A stretch of DNA of 64,000 bases from Alphaproteobacteria bacterium (GTDB taxonomy: Bacteria > Pseudomonadota > Alphaproteobacteria > Rs-D84 > SZUA-605): assembly GCA_031549385.1 (NCBI GenBank), contig JAVBPW010000005.1:64001-128000 (forward strand). Reading direction: 5' to 3'. Positions 6,757 through 18,095 of this stretch are shown one piece after another. Position numbers and translations under genes: made by a program. The notes beneath the pieces are model-generated. The model was not told where the DNA came from. It was given only the letters and a program-made list of their open reading frames with translations, and ran no database searches. The first letter of the stretch is position 1; every line of letters begins with the position of its first letter.

Positions 6757-9630
6757 TTAAAATCTATATCCTAGGTCTATTCTGAATTCTTGAGATTCAT
6801 AGTTCTCTCTTACATCCATTTCAAATCCTAATCCTACTGTCGAACCGTTCTTTGTTACATAGTTTATCTTTGCTCCAAATCTTTGTGTTAAATCTCCTAA
6901 GTCATAATAATTTTCCATCATTACTATTCCTGTTTGTTGAGATACTTCAAATGTCTTTTCTAAATTATCTGACAATTCATATCCAATTTCATAGAACAAT
7001 GTTGGTAAGATTTTTGCATTGTTGCCTAGTTTAAATGCATACTTTAAATCTCCACCTAATGATAATACATTAGATACTGATGTTTCTTTTTCTATGTTTG
7101 TATAAGCATAATCATACTTTCCATACAAATCAAAGATAAAGTTTTGAACCATGAACATTCTTCCAACGATACCTTCTGCTGATAATACATAACCAGATTG
7201 ATCAGGTGTTTGAGTTAATGTATAAATGTCTGTATCAATTTTAGAATTTAAGTATCCAAAATTACCTAATGCAAACCATTTACCGTATGAGTATCCACCA
7301 TAGATATTTCCACCAACTGTTTTAGATGATGATTTATAGTCTACTGATTTTCCATCATCACCTGAATATGATAATGCAACTCCGAGTACTGCACGTCCTA
7401 CTTGTCTGTCATAACCTAATACAAATCCTTGGTAATCATTTGTGAATTTGCTTACGTTACCTTGAGCAGCATATTCTTCAGATCCATTATAGTATTGTAA
7501 CCAAAAACCATTCTTTTTGTTCTTATATGCATCGTTTAAATACGCATCATAAGTAATGTTTCTTGAGTTTTGAGCATAAGCTAATCTTAAGTCTTTTTTA
7601 AGATTGTTTGCTACAAGGTCTGTCATTTGGTTTTCGAAAATAACTCTTCCTACTCTTCTTGCACCTGCTAAACCAGATGAAGACATAGATGATGAATTGA
7701 TTTTATCTACTTCTCCTGATGGTGCTGGTGGAACATCTGGTAAATTAACAGCATCTAACCATAATTCTTTATTTCCATTTTCATATCTTAATGTATAATA
7801 TGACATATCAAGTATTACTCCGTTATTATATAAAGAAATGTAATTTCCAAATACTTGAGTATTAGAAGAGGCTAATAAATAAGATCCATCTTCCATATAC
7901 CAGTTATTTAAAGTTAAGTTAAGTTTAATATTTCCATAAGTAGAATCTCCTAATGTTAAATCACCTATATTAGAAATAATTTTTGCATGATCCATATCAA
8001 CACTTGTATAACTTAAATTAAGTTGAGTGTCTCCACCTTTATTAGAGTATTTAATACCGTTAGCTCCATTTGCTGCATTAAATTTAGTTAACATAGCTTG
8101 AGTTGCTGTCATATTAGAAAATACCCAACCTCCATCTGAATGAATAGCTCCTGTTAAAGTTCCATTTCCTTGATAATTAATACTGTTAGCTGTATTTAAA
8201 TTATAAATAGAGTGTTCACTTCCTGAAATTGTTCCAGTTGCATTATTAACAATTGCTCCTGCAAAAATAGCGCTTGCATCAAAATATATAGCTTTTTTAA
8301 ATCCTATAATATCTTTATTGTTTATAATATTTCCGTTCATAACAGGTGCAGGTTTTGTAATTTCAGTTTGCATATATATTGCATAAAGTTCATCACTTTT
8401 TATAATCCCTGAATTTAAAATACTTCCATTTATTGTAGTTTCTCCCATAATATAAATTCCATAGTTTTTAGCAGAAATTACACCTGAGTTGTTATTGATA
8501 ATGTTAAAATCATTTGCTATTACTTTAACTCTGCTAAAATAAATTCCAACTCCTTCACCTCCTCCAATACCAGTACCTGTACCAATTATTGTTCCACTGT
8601 TTTCAAAATTTCCTGATATAGCTCCGTAATTATTTGTTACAACAATGCCATTCGGTCCTGAAATTAAGGCATTTTGTGCATTTAGAATAATATAATCATT
8701 ACTAGATTTTATAAGATGATCCATTGAAATTCCAGTACTTCCTAAAGTAGTTATAGTACCGTAATTTATTATACTTCCTGCAACATTATAGATGGAAACA
8801 CCATGTCCTCTTCCTGTGTTAGAAATTATAGCTTTTGTATTATCAGATAAACCATTTGCGCTTCCATTAACTATATTAACATTAGAAAGAATTGAAAAGG
8901 AAGCAATATCAATTCCAGATGTGTAATCTGCCTCAATTTTAGCATAATTATATATATTTGTATTAGCTTTAGTTAATGCAATACCAGTACTTCCATAAAT
9001 TAAAATATTAGAATTATCAATAGAATTATCAGCTGTTCCATTAATTATATCTCCTTCAAAAAAAGTGTCCGCATAAGATCCGCTTCCTCCAATTGCAATA
9101 TGAGATATGTTTGAAACTGTATTATTACCTCTTATAATTCCATAATTTTTAATATCACCATAATAAGTACCACCAATTAAAATTGCTGCGTGAGAGAGGT
9201 TTGTCATTGCTCCTGTTATGGTTCCATAATTAATAATATTGCCATTTAAAACACTCCCTGTTCCAATATTTATTGAATATGTTCCACTAGCTAAAATACC
9301 GTTTAAATTATTTACAATATTAATATAATTAGTTCCTGAAAAATTTATGCCATAACCAAAAAAAGACGAATTTTTAATTTCATTGTTTATTTCTAATTTA
9401 GCATAGGAACTTGATAAACCAACTCCGTTTAAATTTATAAGTCCACTGTTAATACTAAGAATGTAATCATTAGCACTTGTGCAATTATATCCGTCGGCAC
9501 ATGTAAAATACCCACCTGTTGTCATTCCTGTATTATTTGTACCTGTCCAAGTTAGTTGAGCTTGGGAGTTTGTTGTTAAAAGCAATGATGAAATTGCTGT
9601 TAAATTGTATATTATCTTCTTGAATTTCAT
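6757..9630 (-). CDS. Autotransporter (type Va) with a beta-helical Asn/Gly/Ile-rich passenger
   Basis: Signal peptide, repeated I-x-N-x-G-x-I motifs, Pro-rich linker, and a C-terminal beta-barrel ending LGYRF. Confidence 0.88.
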   Translation of the reverse strand: MKFKKIIYNLTAISSLLLTTNSQAQLTWTGTNNTGMTTGGYFTCADGYNCTSANDYILSINSGLINLNGVGLSSSYAKLEINNEIKNSSFFGYGINFSGTNYINIVNNLNGILASGTYSINIGTGSVLNGNIINYGTITGAMTNLSHAAILIGGTYYGDIKNYGIIRGNNTVSNISHIAIGGSGSYADTFFEGDIINGTADNSIDNSNILIYGSTGIALTKANTNIYNYAKIEADYTSGIDIASFSILSNVNIVNGSANGLSDNTKAIISNTGRGHGVSIYNVAGSIINYGTITTLGSTGISMDHLIKSSNDYIILNAQNALISGPNGIVVTNNYGAISGNFENSGTIIGTGTGIGGGEGVGIYFSRVKVIANDFNIINNNSGVISAKNYGIYIMGETTINGSILNSGIIKSDELYAIYMQTEITKPAPVMNGNIINNKDIIGFKKAIYFDASAIFAGAIVNNATGTISGSEHSIYNLNTANSINYQGNGTLTGAIHSDGGWVFSNMTATQAMLTKFNAANGANGIKYSNKGGDTQLNLSYTSVDMDHAKIISNIGDLTLGDSTYGNIKLNLTLNNWYMEDGSYLLASSNTQVFGNYISLYNNGVILDMSYYTLRYENGNKELWLDAVNLPDVPPAPSGEVDKINSSSMSSSGLAGARRVGRVIFENQMTDLVANNLKKDLRLAYAQNSRNITYDAYLNDAYKNKKNGFWLQYYNGSEEYAAQGNVSKFTNDYQGFVLGYDRQVGRAVLGVALSYSGDDGKSVDYKSSSKTVGGNIYGGYSYGKWFALGNFGYLNSKIDTDIYTLTQTPDQSGYVLSAEGIVGRMFMVQNFIFDLYGKYDYAYTNIEKETSVSNVLSLGGDLKYAFKLGNNAKILPTLFYEIGYELSDNLEKTFEVSQQTGIVMMENYYDLGDLTQRFGAKINYVTKNGSTVGLGFEMDVRENYESQEFRIDLGYRF

Positions 9631-9850
9631 ATAAAAATCTCCTTTAAATAGAATCGTTTACAGAATCTATTATATCATAAAAGAAAATTATTTGATAGTT
9701 ATATAATTATCAAATTATTATTTAATTCAAAAAATATAATATTTTCAATGGAAGAAAATGTTTTTTTTATTTTGCCTTTTGTATTGAAATTTTTATTGCT
9801 GTTACTACATAAAGCTAAAGAATAAATAATTAAACTTAAAAATTAAATGT

Positions 9851-10102
9851 ATGACTTTTGTAATATTTTATAGCGGTGATGAAATAGCTGTGTTATATCC
9901 ATCATTTCAAAAAACAGAATTAGGTTGGGAACATAAATTTTATTCTCCAACTTATTTTATGGCTATTAGAAAATTCATTGTAGCACTTATAGCAGTGTTA
10001 ACAGATTTTAACCACAGTATAAAACCAGTTAAAATGTCCTTATTTAGAGAAGATAATGGAAATAGAGAAATCGTAAATGAAATTGTTATTCCTTCTGAGT
10101 AG
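9851..10102 (+). CDS. Small orphan protein (SD-less cassette gene)
   Basis: 83-aa ORF with an AAACTTAAAAA leader (9832-9842), followed by a terminator. Confidence 0.55.
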   Translation: MTFVIFYSGDEIAVLYPSFQKTELGWEHKFYSPTYFMAIRKFIVALIAVLTDFNHSIKPVKMSLFREDNGNREIVNEIVIPSE

Positions 10103-10136
10103 TGTGTGGAAAAAGTAGAGGTTAGTGTAAAGTTGG

Positions 10137-10164
10137 GAGTCCAGAGAAATCTGGGCTCTTTTTT
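10137..10164 (+). terminator. Intrinsic terminator
   Basis: GAGTCCAG-agaaat-CTGGGCTC-T6. Confidence 0.8.
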
Positions 10165-10225
10165 ATTCTATTTTTTACTTTATTTTAATAAATATATTAT
10201 TATAATCTTGGTTTAAGGGGAGAAA

Positions 10226-11710
10226 ATGAGGGAAATCCGCAATAAAGGTGCTGTTTTATTAGAAGTTTTATTTGTGCTTGCTGTTATGGTGCTTGCACTT
10301 CCTATTGTTGCATCTCAACGTTTTAAAATTAGTGAAGAAAATAAAATCCAAACTGTTGCTCATAAAATGAAATTATTATCTCTTGCTACTTCAAATTATC
10401 TTCAAGGCATTCCTGATGATTTAGAAGATGGGCTTAATGTTATTCAAGGTGAAGATATTTTAACTCGATTAGTTCCTTATGGATTGCCTTCTAATTTTAC
10501 TGATACTGATGCCTTTAAACAATCTTATCAAGTTCAAATAGATAAAACTGTTGATGAAACTTCTGTTAGCTTTAATGCTATTATTTTAGTTTATTCTGAT
10601 ACTAATAAGTTATCTATGCTAATAAGAAAAAAACTTGTTTCGTATCTTGGTGTGCTTGGTGGAATGAAAGAAGAAGACGGAACTATTGTTTCTGGTGCTG
10701 GACCTTGGGATGAAAAAGAATTTAATTGGAATTATTCTTTGCCTGATGATGCTATTATTGTACGTGTTAGGATTTTGAATTTCTTTAATAACTATGTTTC
10801 AAGATCAAAAACTGATAGTATTGCATCGTCTAATACTATGCTTGCTGATCTTTATATGGGGTATCATGATATTACTATGATTAATGCTTTTAGTGCTGAT
10901 AAAGTTGAAACTTTCTCCGTTTCTGGTGTTGGTAGTATGATTGTTAATGGTTTCTTTGGAATTGAAGACGAATCTAATCATTCTTCTGACTTTATAGATA
11001 AGTTGGAAGATAAATTGAAAAATGCAAAATTTGAAAATGTTATTGTGGAACAATTTGCAGGGCAACTTGCAAGTACTCAACCAGAAAAAGCTTTAGTTAT
11101 AGATAGTGAATTGAATGTTGAAAATATTTTGAAGTTTAATAAAAATGGTCCTGAAATTGATAATACTTTTTCTATTGGAACTATTAGAACTAAAAGTCTT
11201 TCTGGAGTTAAACATTTAAATTATGAAGGTAAGAAGGTCGCTGATCAACCTGCTGGGACTAAATCTGTTACTTTTGGAGTTGATCCAGTTTATAATAATG
11301 CTTCTGAAAATGTTGTTGTAAATAGAATGTATATTCTTGGGCTTTATCCTTCTGAAAAAGTATGGCCTGCAAGTATGTCTGTTATTGAAAATGATAGTGT
11401 TTATGTTTCTATTTCTAATTTTGATGTAAATGGTAATACTTCTATTTATTATAATGTATATCTTGAAAACGTTCTTAATCCAAATCCTAATTTGGTTATA
11501 CAAAATATTAATACAGATTATGTGCAATTTGATATTGATCCTGCTAAAAGAGCTTTTGAAAAATATAGAATTGACTTAATTGGAAGTAGTAGTAGGGTTT
11601 GGGATGTTAATTTAGGTGGACGTTATATTACAGATAGACTTTTAGAAATATCAGGACATTTGGAAACTATATTTAAAAAATATAGAGAAGAATTAGATAA
11701 GGGATATTAA
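10226..11710 (+). CDS. PilV-like type IV prepilin/tip adhesin 1
   Basis: Prepilin motif KG/AVLLE, FKQSY, LGG...GAGPW and NTMLADLYMGYHDI resemble the PilV (Shufflon_N) constant region. Confidence 0.7.
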   Translation: MREIRNKGAVLLEVLFVLAVMVLALPIVASQRFKISEENKIQTVAHKMKLLSLATSNYLQGIPDDLEDGLNVIQGEDILTRLVPYGLPSNFTDTDAFKQSYQVQIDKTVDETSVSFNAIILVYSDTNKLSMLIRKKLVSYLGVLGGMKEEDGTIVSGAGPWDEKEFNWNYSLPDDAIIVRVRILNFFNNYVSRSKTDSIASSNTMLADLYMGYHDITMINAFSADKVETFSVSGVGSMIVNGFFGIEDESNHSSDFIDKLEDKLKNAKFENVIVEQFAGQLASTQPEKALVIDSELNVENILKFNKNGPEIDNTFSIGTIRTKSLSGVKHLNYEGKKVADQPAGTKSVTFGVDPVYNNASENVVVNRMYILGLYPSEKVWPASMSVIENDSVYVSISNFDVNGNTSIYYNVYLENVLNPNPNLVIQNINTDYVQFDIDPAKRAFEKYRIDLIGSSSRVWDVNLGGRYITDRLLEISGHLETIFKKYREELDKGY

Positions 11711-11713
11711 TTT

Positions 11714-13195
11714 ATGAAAATTATGAATAAAAGAATTGCAGGTATGAGTATAATGGAAGTGATGATGGCACTTGCTATTATGCTTATGCTTTTACCTTTT
11801 GTTTATAAACAAGTTACTAAACAAACTTATGATGCACAAAATGTGGTTATTGCTAATACTATTAATGATGTTGCAAATGTTTCAGAAAACTATATTAAAG
11901 TTAATGAAAAAGGTTGGAAGGGTGATTATGAAGAAATGTTAGATGGGTATTATTTACTTACTAAGATGCAAGATTATGGTTTGAAGTTACCTATACCTCT
12001 TTATCCTAATTATTTTTATAATATATATTTGATGGTTTCAAAAAAGGAAAAAGAAATTAGTACTGATAAAATTGAAACATTTAATCAGGTTCAAGCTTAT
12101 TTAATATATGAATTAACTTTAGAAATGGATGATGTTAGAGCCTGGAAAATTGTTTCTTCTATTGGAGAAAAGGCTGGATTTCTTAATGAAGGTTTATTAG
12201 AAGGATTCCAAGGGTCTTGGCAGATTTCAGGTTTTGAATCTCCTGCAAAAAGAGCTATTGTTATTAGACTTTCTTATTTAAATCCTTTTAAAGAAAAGAA
12301 AAAACATCTTTATGCTAATGTTATTGGGGGTTATGTGTCAGAAGATCAACCTGTGGATACTTCTTTTAATACTATGGAAGCTGATTTGTATTTAGGAACT
12401 TATGAAAATAAATTTAATATAGACGGTGTTAGAACAGCTTATTCAAGTATCTTGAAGTTTGATACTATGTATGTTTCAAATTTAGCTTTTGATGAAAATA
12501 TCTCTGGATTACAATTTTCTGCTAAAAATGCAAAATTTGATAATGGACTTCGTGTTGGTAATTTAACTTTAAATAAATTTGAAACTGAAAAGAATATTTA
12601 TGGGGATATTAATGACATTAATGTTAAAGAACTTAAGGTGGAACAAATTAGTGTTGGGAACTTTATATTAGAGCGAGGGTTATCTATAGGTTCTTATATA
12701 CATTCATTCTCTCTTGAATTAGATAATGATATGTATGTTTATAGTAATCCACTTAATTATCTTTATTCATGTAACTTTAGAATTAGTAAATCTTTATATT
12801 TTAATGCTCAAATGTATATACAACGATTAAATATTGTTTCTGCATTAGACCAAGAAAATAAATGTACTGTGCAACGAGATGCAAATGGTAATGTTGTGTT
12901 TTTAGATGAAGCAGGGAATCCTATTGATGTTACAAGCCAAGAGTATCTTGATAACCCTGTGGATTTATATGCTGTTTGTACTGAACCTGCTGATTCTAGT
13001 GATTTAGCAGGCCAGGGGGCTGAAAAATTTGCTAAATTTACTTATTTACCAAGTAATCCTATTACAGGACATTCTTCACCTTTAATTGTTGATAAACCTT
13101 TTGTTGATGGAAAAGAAGTTTTAAATTTAAAAACTGATAATCTTTATCTTAAAGATGTTGATGTTAATACTATGTTGAATAATTTATTGAATTGA
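11714..13195 (+). CDS. PilV-like type IV prepilin/tip adhesin 2
   Basis: AG/MSIME prepilin motif, IGEKAGF...GFQGSW, NTMEADLYLG; paralog of its neighbours. Confidence 0.7.
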   Translation: MKIMNKRIAGMSIMEVMMALAIMLMLLPFVYKQVTKQTYDAQNVVIANTINDVANVSENYIKVNEKGWKGDYEEMLDGYYLLTKMQDYGLKLPIPLYPNYFYNIYLMVSKKEKEISTDKIETFNQVQAYLIYELTLEMDDVRAWKIVSSIGEKAGFLNEGLLEGFQGSWQISGFESPAKRAIVIRLSYLNPFKEKKKHLYANVIGGYVSEDQPVDTSFNTMEADLYLGTYENKFNIDGVRTAYSSILKFDTMYVSNLAFDENISGLQFSAKNAKFDNGLRVGNLTLNKFETEKNIYGDINDINVKELKVEQISVGNFILERGLSIGSYIHSFSLELDNDMYVYSNPLNYLYSCNFRISKSLYFNAQMYIQRLNIVSALDQENKCTVQRDANGNVVFLDEAGNPIDVTSQEYLDNPVDLYAVCTEPADSSDLAGQGAEKFAKFTYLPSNPITGHSSPLIVDKPFVDGKEVLNLKTDNLYLKDVDVNTMLNNLLN

Positions 13196-13203
13196 GGTTG
13201 AAT

Positions 13204-14658
13204 ATGAAAACGTTAAAACGACTTTATGGTGGAATGCTTTTAGAAATGCTCTTAATGATCGTTGTTTTGGGTTCTATTTTGCCTTTTATATATCGTCAAA
13301 ATATTGCTAAGAATGAAAATATTGAAAACGCTGCTGTGGCTTCTGATTTAGTTAGAATTAAATTGGCTGTTGAAAATTATATCTCTCTAATAGACCCTCA
13401 TCAGATGACAGATGGACAGGTTAGAGATGTTGATATTCCAACTCTTTATGATTATGGTCTTCCATCTTCTATATCAAGAGTTAATAAATATGACCAACCT
13501 TATTATATAAAAATTAAAAAAGTTACTAATCCTAAGGGAGATAGTTATATTTATGGATTTGCCTATGTGCTTAGAAAAGCTAAGAGTACGGTGTTGAAAA
13601 GTTTTGATGTGTTGAAATTTACTGGTCCTTCTGGTGGAGTGTTGGAAGATGGATTTATTGTAGGAGCAGGCGGTGCTTGGATGGAAAACCCTGTTTCATG
13701 GGGAATTCCAGAGTCTTTACATGGAGCGGTATTTATTAGAATTTCACCAGCTGTTGAAAATCAGATTTATATTGTGCGTAATGGAAATGTGTCTGAAAGG
13801 ACTATGATGACTGATTTAGTATTACTTTATAAAGATATTAAAGATGCTAATCTTATTAACGGTTCAGTTTTGAATACTCCAATATTAAAATTCAAAGGTC
13901 CTGTTAGTGAAAAAGAATATAATATTGATAGTTTGCTTTTAGAAGGTATTTCATCAGATGATATTAATATTAGAGCTTATATAGAAAATATGACTGCAAC
14001 TAATTTAGTAGTTAATGGGAATATTTATCTTAATGGTGCTGGAAATTTTGGTGGGAATACTATTGAAGCTAAAATTTTAGAAAATGTTGGATCTATTAAT
14101 ATTTCTTCTTTAATGGATAATGAAGGTTTGTGGATTTATGCTGATAAACTTGATTGTATTGAAAGATATAATAGAAGCTATAACAATGGTTTAAAGAGTT
14201 ATATAACATCAGCTTCAGCTTATTTTTATAATAAAAATGTTAAAATAGAAGAACTTAATACATATTTGTTTTCTTACACATTTGATCCTGATAATTCACC
14301 ATATTCTATGGAATCTATTGATAATACAAATGGGAATATGGTTACTATGAGCAATACAAAACTTAGAGATATTACATTATCAAAAATTAATACATGTTTT
14401 TCTACTGATACTAATATAAGGTCTCATTGTGATATGCCTAATGATGAACAATTCAATAATTTGAAGAGAATGTTGATGTGTTGCCAAAGTTCTATGAACT
14501 ATGGAGAATGTTATGAAGCAAAGGCTGGAAATGAAAATTCTATTAAAAATGTTACTTTGGGTGAGATTTTAACTTGTCTTGAAATTCAAAAAGAGTATAA
14601 TAGTAAGTTGTGTCAGGAGATAAAAACAAAAAAAGACCCGATGTACAATTGTAACTAA
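13204..14658 (+). CDS. PilV-like type IV prepilin/tip adhesin 3 with a Cys-rich C-terminus
   Basis: YG/GMLLE motif, NKYDQPY, GPSGG...GAGGAW, RTMMTDL; ATG at 13204. Confidence 0.7.
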   Translation: MKTLKRLYGGMLLEMLLMIVVLGSILPFIYRQNIAKNENIENAAVASDLVRIKLAVENYISLIDPHQMTDGQVRDVDIPTLYDYGLPSSISRVNKYDQPYYIKIKKVTNPKGDSYIYGFAYVLRKAKSTVLKSFDVLKFTGPSGGVLEDGFIVGAGGAWMENPVSWGIPESLHGAVFIRISPAVENQIYIVRNGNVSERTMMTDLVLLYKDIKDANLINGSVLNTPILKFKGPVSEKEYNIDSLLLEGISSDDINIRAYIENMTATNLVVNGNIYLNGAGNFGGNTIEAKILENVGSINISSLMDNEGLWIYADKLDCIERYNRSYNNGLKSYITSASAYFYNKNVKIEELNTYLFSYTFDPDNSPYSMESIDNTNGNMVTMSNTKLRDITLSKINTCFSTDTNIRSHCDMPNDEQFNNLKRMLMCCQSSMNYGECYEAKAGNENSIKNVTLGEILTCLEIQKEYNSKLCQEIKTKKDPMYNCN

Positions 14659-14659
14659 A

Positions 14660-15376
14660 ATGAACCAAATAATTGATAGTGCATTATTGCTGAGAAAGGA
14701 AAATTTTTGCGAACATCATTTGTTGGCATATTTCTTTTCACAATCTCATGGGCTTGTAAAAGGTATTTTACAATATGGAGCAAATGGAAAAAATTCTGCT
14801 GATTTACAAAATTTTAATCTGTTTGAAATTCATTGGAAAGGTAAAAATGAGGATTTAGGTAAGTTGAAAGTTGGACTTGCTAGGAGTAATCAATCTAAAT
14901 TCTTGTTTTGTAAAGAACGTCTTTATATTGTTAATCTTATTAATAATCTTTTACTTGATCTTATTTGTGAGCGAGAAAATAATAGTGAAGTTTATTCTTG
15001 TACTATTAAATTTTTAGATACTTTATCTGCAAATAAAAAAGAAAATCTGAAAAATTACTATATTTATGAGGCTAATTTATTGAATCACCTTGGTTTTTCA
15101 TATGATCTTTCAAGATGTGCTTTGACAGGTTCATGTTCTGGGCTTTATTATGTATCGCCTAATACTGGGGCAGCATGCACTAAAGAAGCAGGAGATGTTA
15201 TGAAGGAAAAACTTTTTGTTCTTCCTCAGTTTTTTGTTGGGCAAGAAGATGACTTGGATCAAGACTTAAAAAATGCCGATAAACTTAATTTTTACTTTCT
15301 ACAGAAAAATTTTCACACTTTGTCAAGCGGGTTTTTGAAAAATAGATCTAATCTTTTGAAAACTTTTGGATTGTAA
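14660..15376 (+). CDS. recO: DNA repair protein RecO
   Basis: HGLVKG, LGFSYDLSRCALTG and LYYVSPNTG match alphaproteobacterial RecO. Confidence 0.9.
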   Translation: MNQIIDSALLLRKENFCEHHLLAYFFSQSHGLVKGILQYGANGKNSADLQNFNLFEIHWKGKNEDLGKLKVGLARSNQSKFLFCKERLYIVNLINNLLLDLICERENNSEVYSCTIKFLDTLSANKKENLKNYYIYEANLLNHLGFSYDLSRCALTGSCSGLYYVSPNTGAACTKEAGDVMKEKLFVLPQFFVGQEDDLDQDLKNADKLNFYFLQKNFHTLSSGFLKNRSNLLKTFGL

Positions 15377-15424
15377 TTTATTTTTAAATTAGTAAAATGT
15401 CCTAGTAAATAATTAGGATAGAAA

Positions 15425-17650
15425 ATGTCAGAACAAAACAAATTAGATATAAAAGAAGAACAATTATTAGATGCATTATCTAAAAGATATTTAGATTATG
15501 CTATTTCGACTATTGTAGATCGTGCTTTACCTGATGTGCGTGATGGTTTAAAGCCTGTGCACCGAAGACTTTTATATGCTATGAGAGTTCTTAGACTTAA
15601 TCCTAAAACTGCTTTTAAAAAGTGTGCCAGAGTTGTTGGTGATGTTATTGGTAAATATCATCCTCATGGGGATGTTGCTGTTTATGAAGCTATGGTACGT
15701 TTAGCGCAAAATTTCTCTGTAAGATATCCTCTTGTTGATGGACAAGGTAATTTTGGAAATATCGATGGAGATAGTGCTGCTGCTATGCGATATACAGAAG
15801 CACGTCTTACTGAAGCTGGCGAAGTTTTAATGAGAGATTTGGATAAAGATACTGTGGACTTTATCGATAATTATGATGGTTCAGAAGAAGAGCCTGTTGT
15901 AATGCCTGCTGCTTTTCCTAATTTGTTGGCTAATGGTGCTATGGGGATTGCTGTGGGGATGGCGACTAATATTCCTCCACATAATGTAGATGAATTATGT
16001 ACCGCTCTTACACATTTGATTAAAAATCCAGATATGACTGTTGCTAAATTGGTTGATTACGTTAAAGGTCCTGATTTTCCAACTGGTGGAACTGTTATTG
16101 ATAAAAAAGCTCATATCGTTAATATATATGAAAAAGGAATGGGTGCTTTTACTATTAGAGCTAAATGGGAAAAAGAAGAACTTTCTTATGGAAATTATCA
16201 AATTGTTATAACTGAAATTCCTTATGGAGTTGTTAAATCTAAATTAATTGAAAAAATTGCAGATTTGATGGAGCAAAAAAAACTTCCGTTCATCAATGAC
16301 ATTAGAGATGAATCTGCTGAAGATGTAAGAATTGTTATTGAACCTAAAAATAGAACTATTGAAGTTGATATTTTAATGGCTCATTTGTTTAAAACTACTG
16401 ATTTAGAATCTAAGTTTAATATGAATATGAATGTTCTTGATGCACAATCTGTTCCTCGTGTTATGAACTTAAAAGAAGTATTAGTTGAATTTTTAGCTCA
16501 CAGACGTATTGTTTTGACAAGAAAATCTAATTTCAGATTGAAAAATATTGAAAATAGACTTGAAGTGTTAGATGGGTTCTTAAAGGCTTATCTTAATTTA
16601 GATAGAGTTATTGCTATTATCAGGGAGAATGATGAACCTAAACCACTTCTTATAAAAGAATTTGAATTAACTGATACTCAAGCTGATGCTATACTTGATA
16701 TGAAGTTGCGTTCTCTTCGTAAATTGGAAGAAATGGAACTTAAAAATGAACATGCTAAACTTTCTAAAGAAAGAAAAGAACTTTTGGAATTACTTGGTTC
16801 TGATTTGAAAATAGATGAAGCATTAATTGCTGAATTTGATGAAATCAAAGAAATTATGGGAAAGAAAACTAAGTTTGGAAAAAGAAGAACTCAGTTGCAA
16901 GAAGCAGATACAGATATTGTTATCGATGAAAATGCTTTTATTGAAAAAGAGCCTATTACAGTTTTACTTTCAAAGCGAAATTGGATAAGGGCAGTTAAAG
17001 GCCATCAAGATTTGAATGAAAAATTTCCTGCTAAAGAAGGTGATGAAAATAAATTTGCTTTCCATGTTATGACTAATGAAAAGATTTTAATTGCTGCTAA
17101 TAATGGTAAGTTTTATACAATTGGAGCAGATAAAATTAGTCGAGGTAAGGGATTTGGAGAGCCTATTTCATTATTGATAGATATTGAAGATGGTGTGGAA
17201 ATTCTTGATGCATTCAAATATGAAGAAGGTCAAAAATTATTGCTTGTTAATGATAACGGTGTTGGTTTTGTGACTAATACAGATAATGTCTTGGCTGTTA
17301 CAAAAACAGGGCGTATTGTATTTAACCTAAACATATCAGAAAAATTAGAAAAAATATTTAAAATTACTGATGGCGATGATAAAGTTGCTATTATTAGTGA
17401 TGATAGAAAACTTTTAATCTTTAATTTAGAAGAAATACCAGAACTTTCAAAAGGAAAGGGTGTTATCTTACAAAAATATCGTGAAAATAAAATGTCAGAT
17501 GTGATTACTTTTAACAGTAAAGAAGGGTTATACTGGATTACTGGAAGAGGAAAGACTGTGGTTGATAATTATGTACTTTGGGAAAGTAAACGTGCTAACC
17601 AAGGGTATTTTGCGATGCCAAATTTTCCAAAATCCAATAAGTTTATCTAA
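15425..17650 (+). CDS. parC: DNA topoisomerase IV subunit A
   Basis: [34 protein letters not shown]; 741 aa with no GyrA box. Confidence 0.95.
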   Translation: MSEQNKLDIKEEQLLDALSKRYLDYAISTIVDRALPDVRDGLKPVHRRLLYAMRVLRLNPKTAFKKCARVVGDVIGKYHPHGDVAVYEAMVRLAQNFSVRYPLVDGQGNFGNIDGDSAAAMRYTEARLTEAGEVLMRDLDKDTVDFIDNYDGSEEEPVVMPAAFPNLLANGAMGIAVGMATNIPPHNVDELCTALTHLIKNPDMTVAKLVDYVKGPDFPTGGTVIDKKAHIVNIYEKGMGAFTIRAKWEKEELSYGNYQIVITEIPYGVVKSKLIEKIADLMEQKKLPFINDIRDESAEDVRIVIEPKNRTIEVDILMAHLFKTTDLESKFNMNMNVLDAQSVPRVMNLKEVLVEFLAHRRIVLTRKSNFRLKNIENRLEVLDGFLKAYLNLDRVIAIIRENDEPKPLLIKEFELTDTQADAILDMKLRSLRKLEEMELKNEHAKLSKERKELLELLGSDLKIDEALIAEFDEIKEIMGKKTKFGKRRTQLQEADTDIVIDENAFIEKEPITVLLSKRNWIRAVKGHQDLNEKFPAKEGDENKFAFHVMTNEKILIAANNGKFYTIGADKISRGKGFGEPISLLIDIEDGVEILDAFKYEEGQKLLLVNDNGVGFVTNTDNVLAVTKTGRIVFNLNISEKLEKIFKITDGDDKVAIISDDRKLLIFNLEEIPELSKGKGVILQKYRENKMSDVITFNSKEGLYWITGRGKTVVDNYVLWESKRANQGYFAMPNFPKSNKFI

Positions 17651-17757
17651 TTTGCTGCAAGCCAAAAGGATTCAAAATTTTAAGACACATCACGTATTTT
17701 AATACACTCAGGTCTAAAATTTTAAATACTTTCGTTTTCACTAAACTATCTAAACTT
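17639..17757. repeat. Long imperfect inverted repeat (about 119 bp) between parC and zapA
   Basis: Arms aagtttatctaatttg...caaaattttaagac and gtctaaaattttaaat...ctatctaaactt around the loop acatcacgtattttaatacactcag. Confidence 0.65.
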
Positions 17758-17769
17758 GTTTAAAATTTG

Positions 17770-18093
17770 TTATATTTTTAAAGACATGATGTCGATTTTG
17801 TCTTTTAAATTTTGAATTTTTTCATTTAAATTTTCTACTTCCCTTGGGTCGAGTTGTGGAGCAGTTGGTTCTGATGGTTTGATTTGTTCTTTTGCTGCTG
17901 TTAGTTCGTCTGATAATACTATTGACAACATCACAAGTAACATTTCATGAGTTATATTTCCATGAAAAGCTTGGAAAATTTCAGCTTCTTTTTTAGAAAT
18001 TAAAGATTGTAATTGCATTAATCTTTCTTCTTGGCCTTCTTTGCAAGATATTGGATATGTCTTTGAATTTATTTGAAAATTTACTTGTGGCAT
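17770..18093 (-). CDS. zapA: Cell division protein ZapA
   Basis: MPQVNFQINSKTYPISCKEGQEERL...LLVMLSIVLSDEL. Confidence 0.88.
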   Translation of the reverse strand: MPQVNFQINSKTYPISCKEGQEERLMQLQSLISKKEAEIFQAFHGNITHEMLLVMLSIVLSDELTAAKEQIKPSEPTAPQLDPREVENLNEKIQNLKDKIDIMSLKI

Positions 18094-18095
18094 GA

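Noticed and set aside
10226-14658. Shufflon
   Set aside because: No Rci recombinase, no inverted C-terminal cassettes and no sfx-like repeats were seen. The three genes are complete paralogs.
17639-17769. 6S RNA call downstream of zapA
   Set aside because: Synteny is suggestive, but the sequence is short, AT-rich and lacks recognisable 6S motifs, so it is kept only as an inverted repeat.
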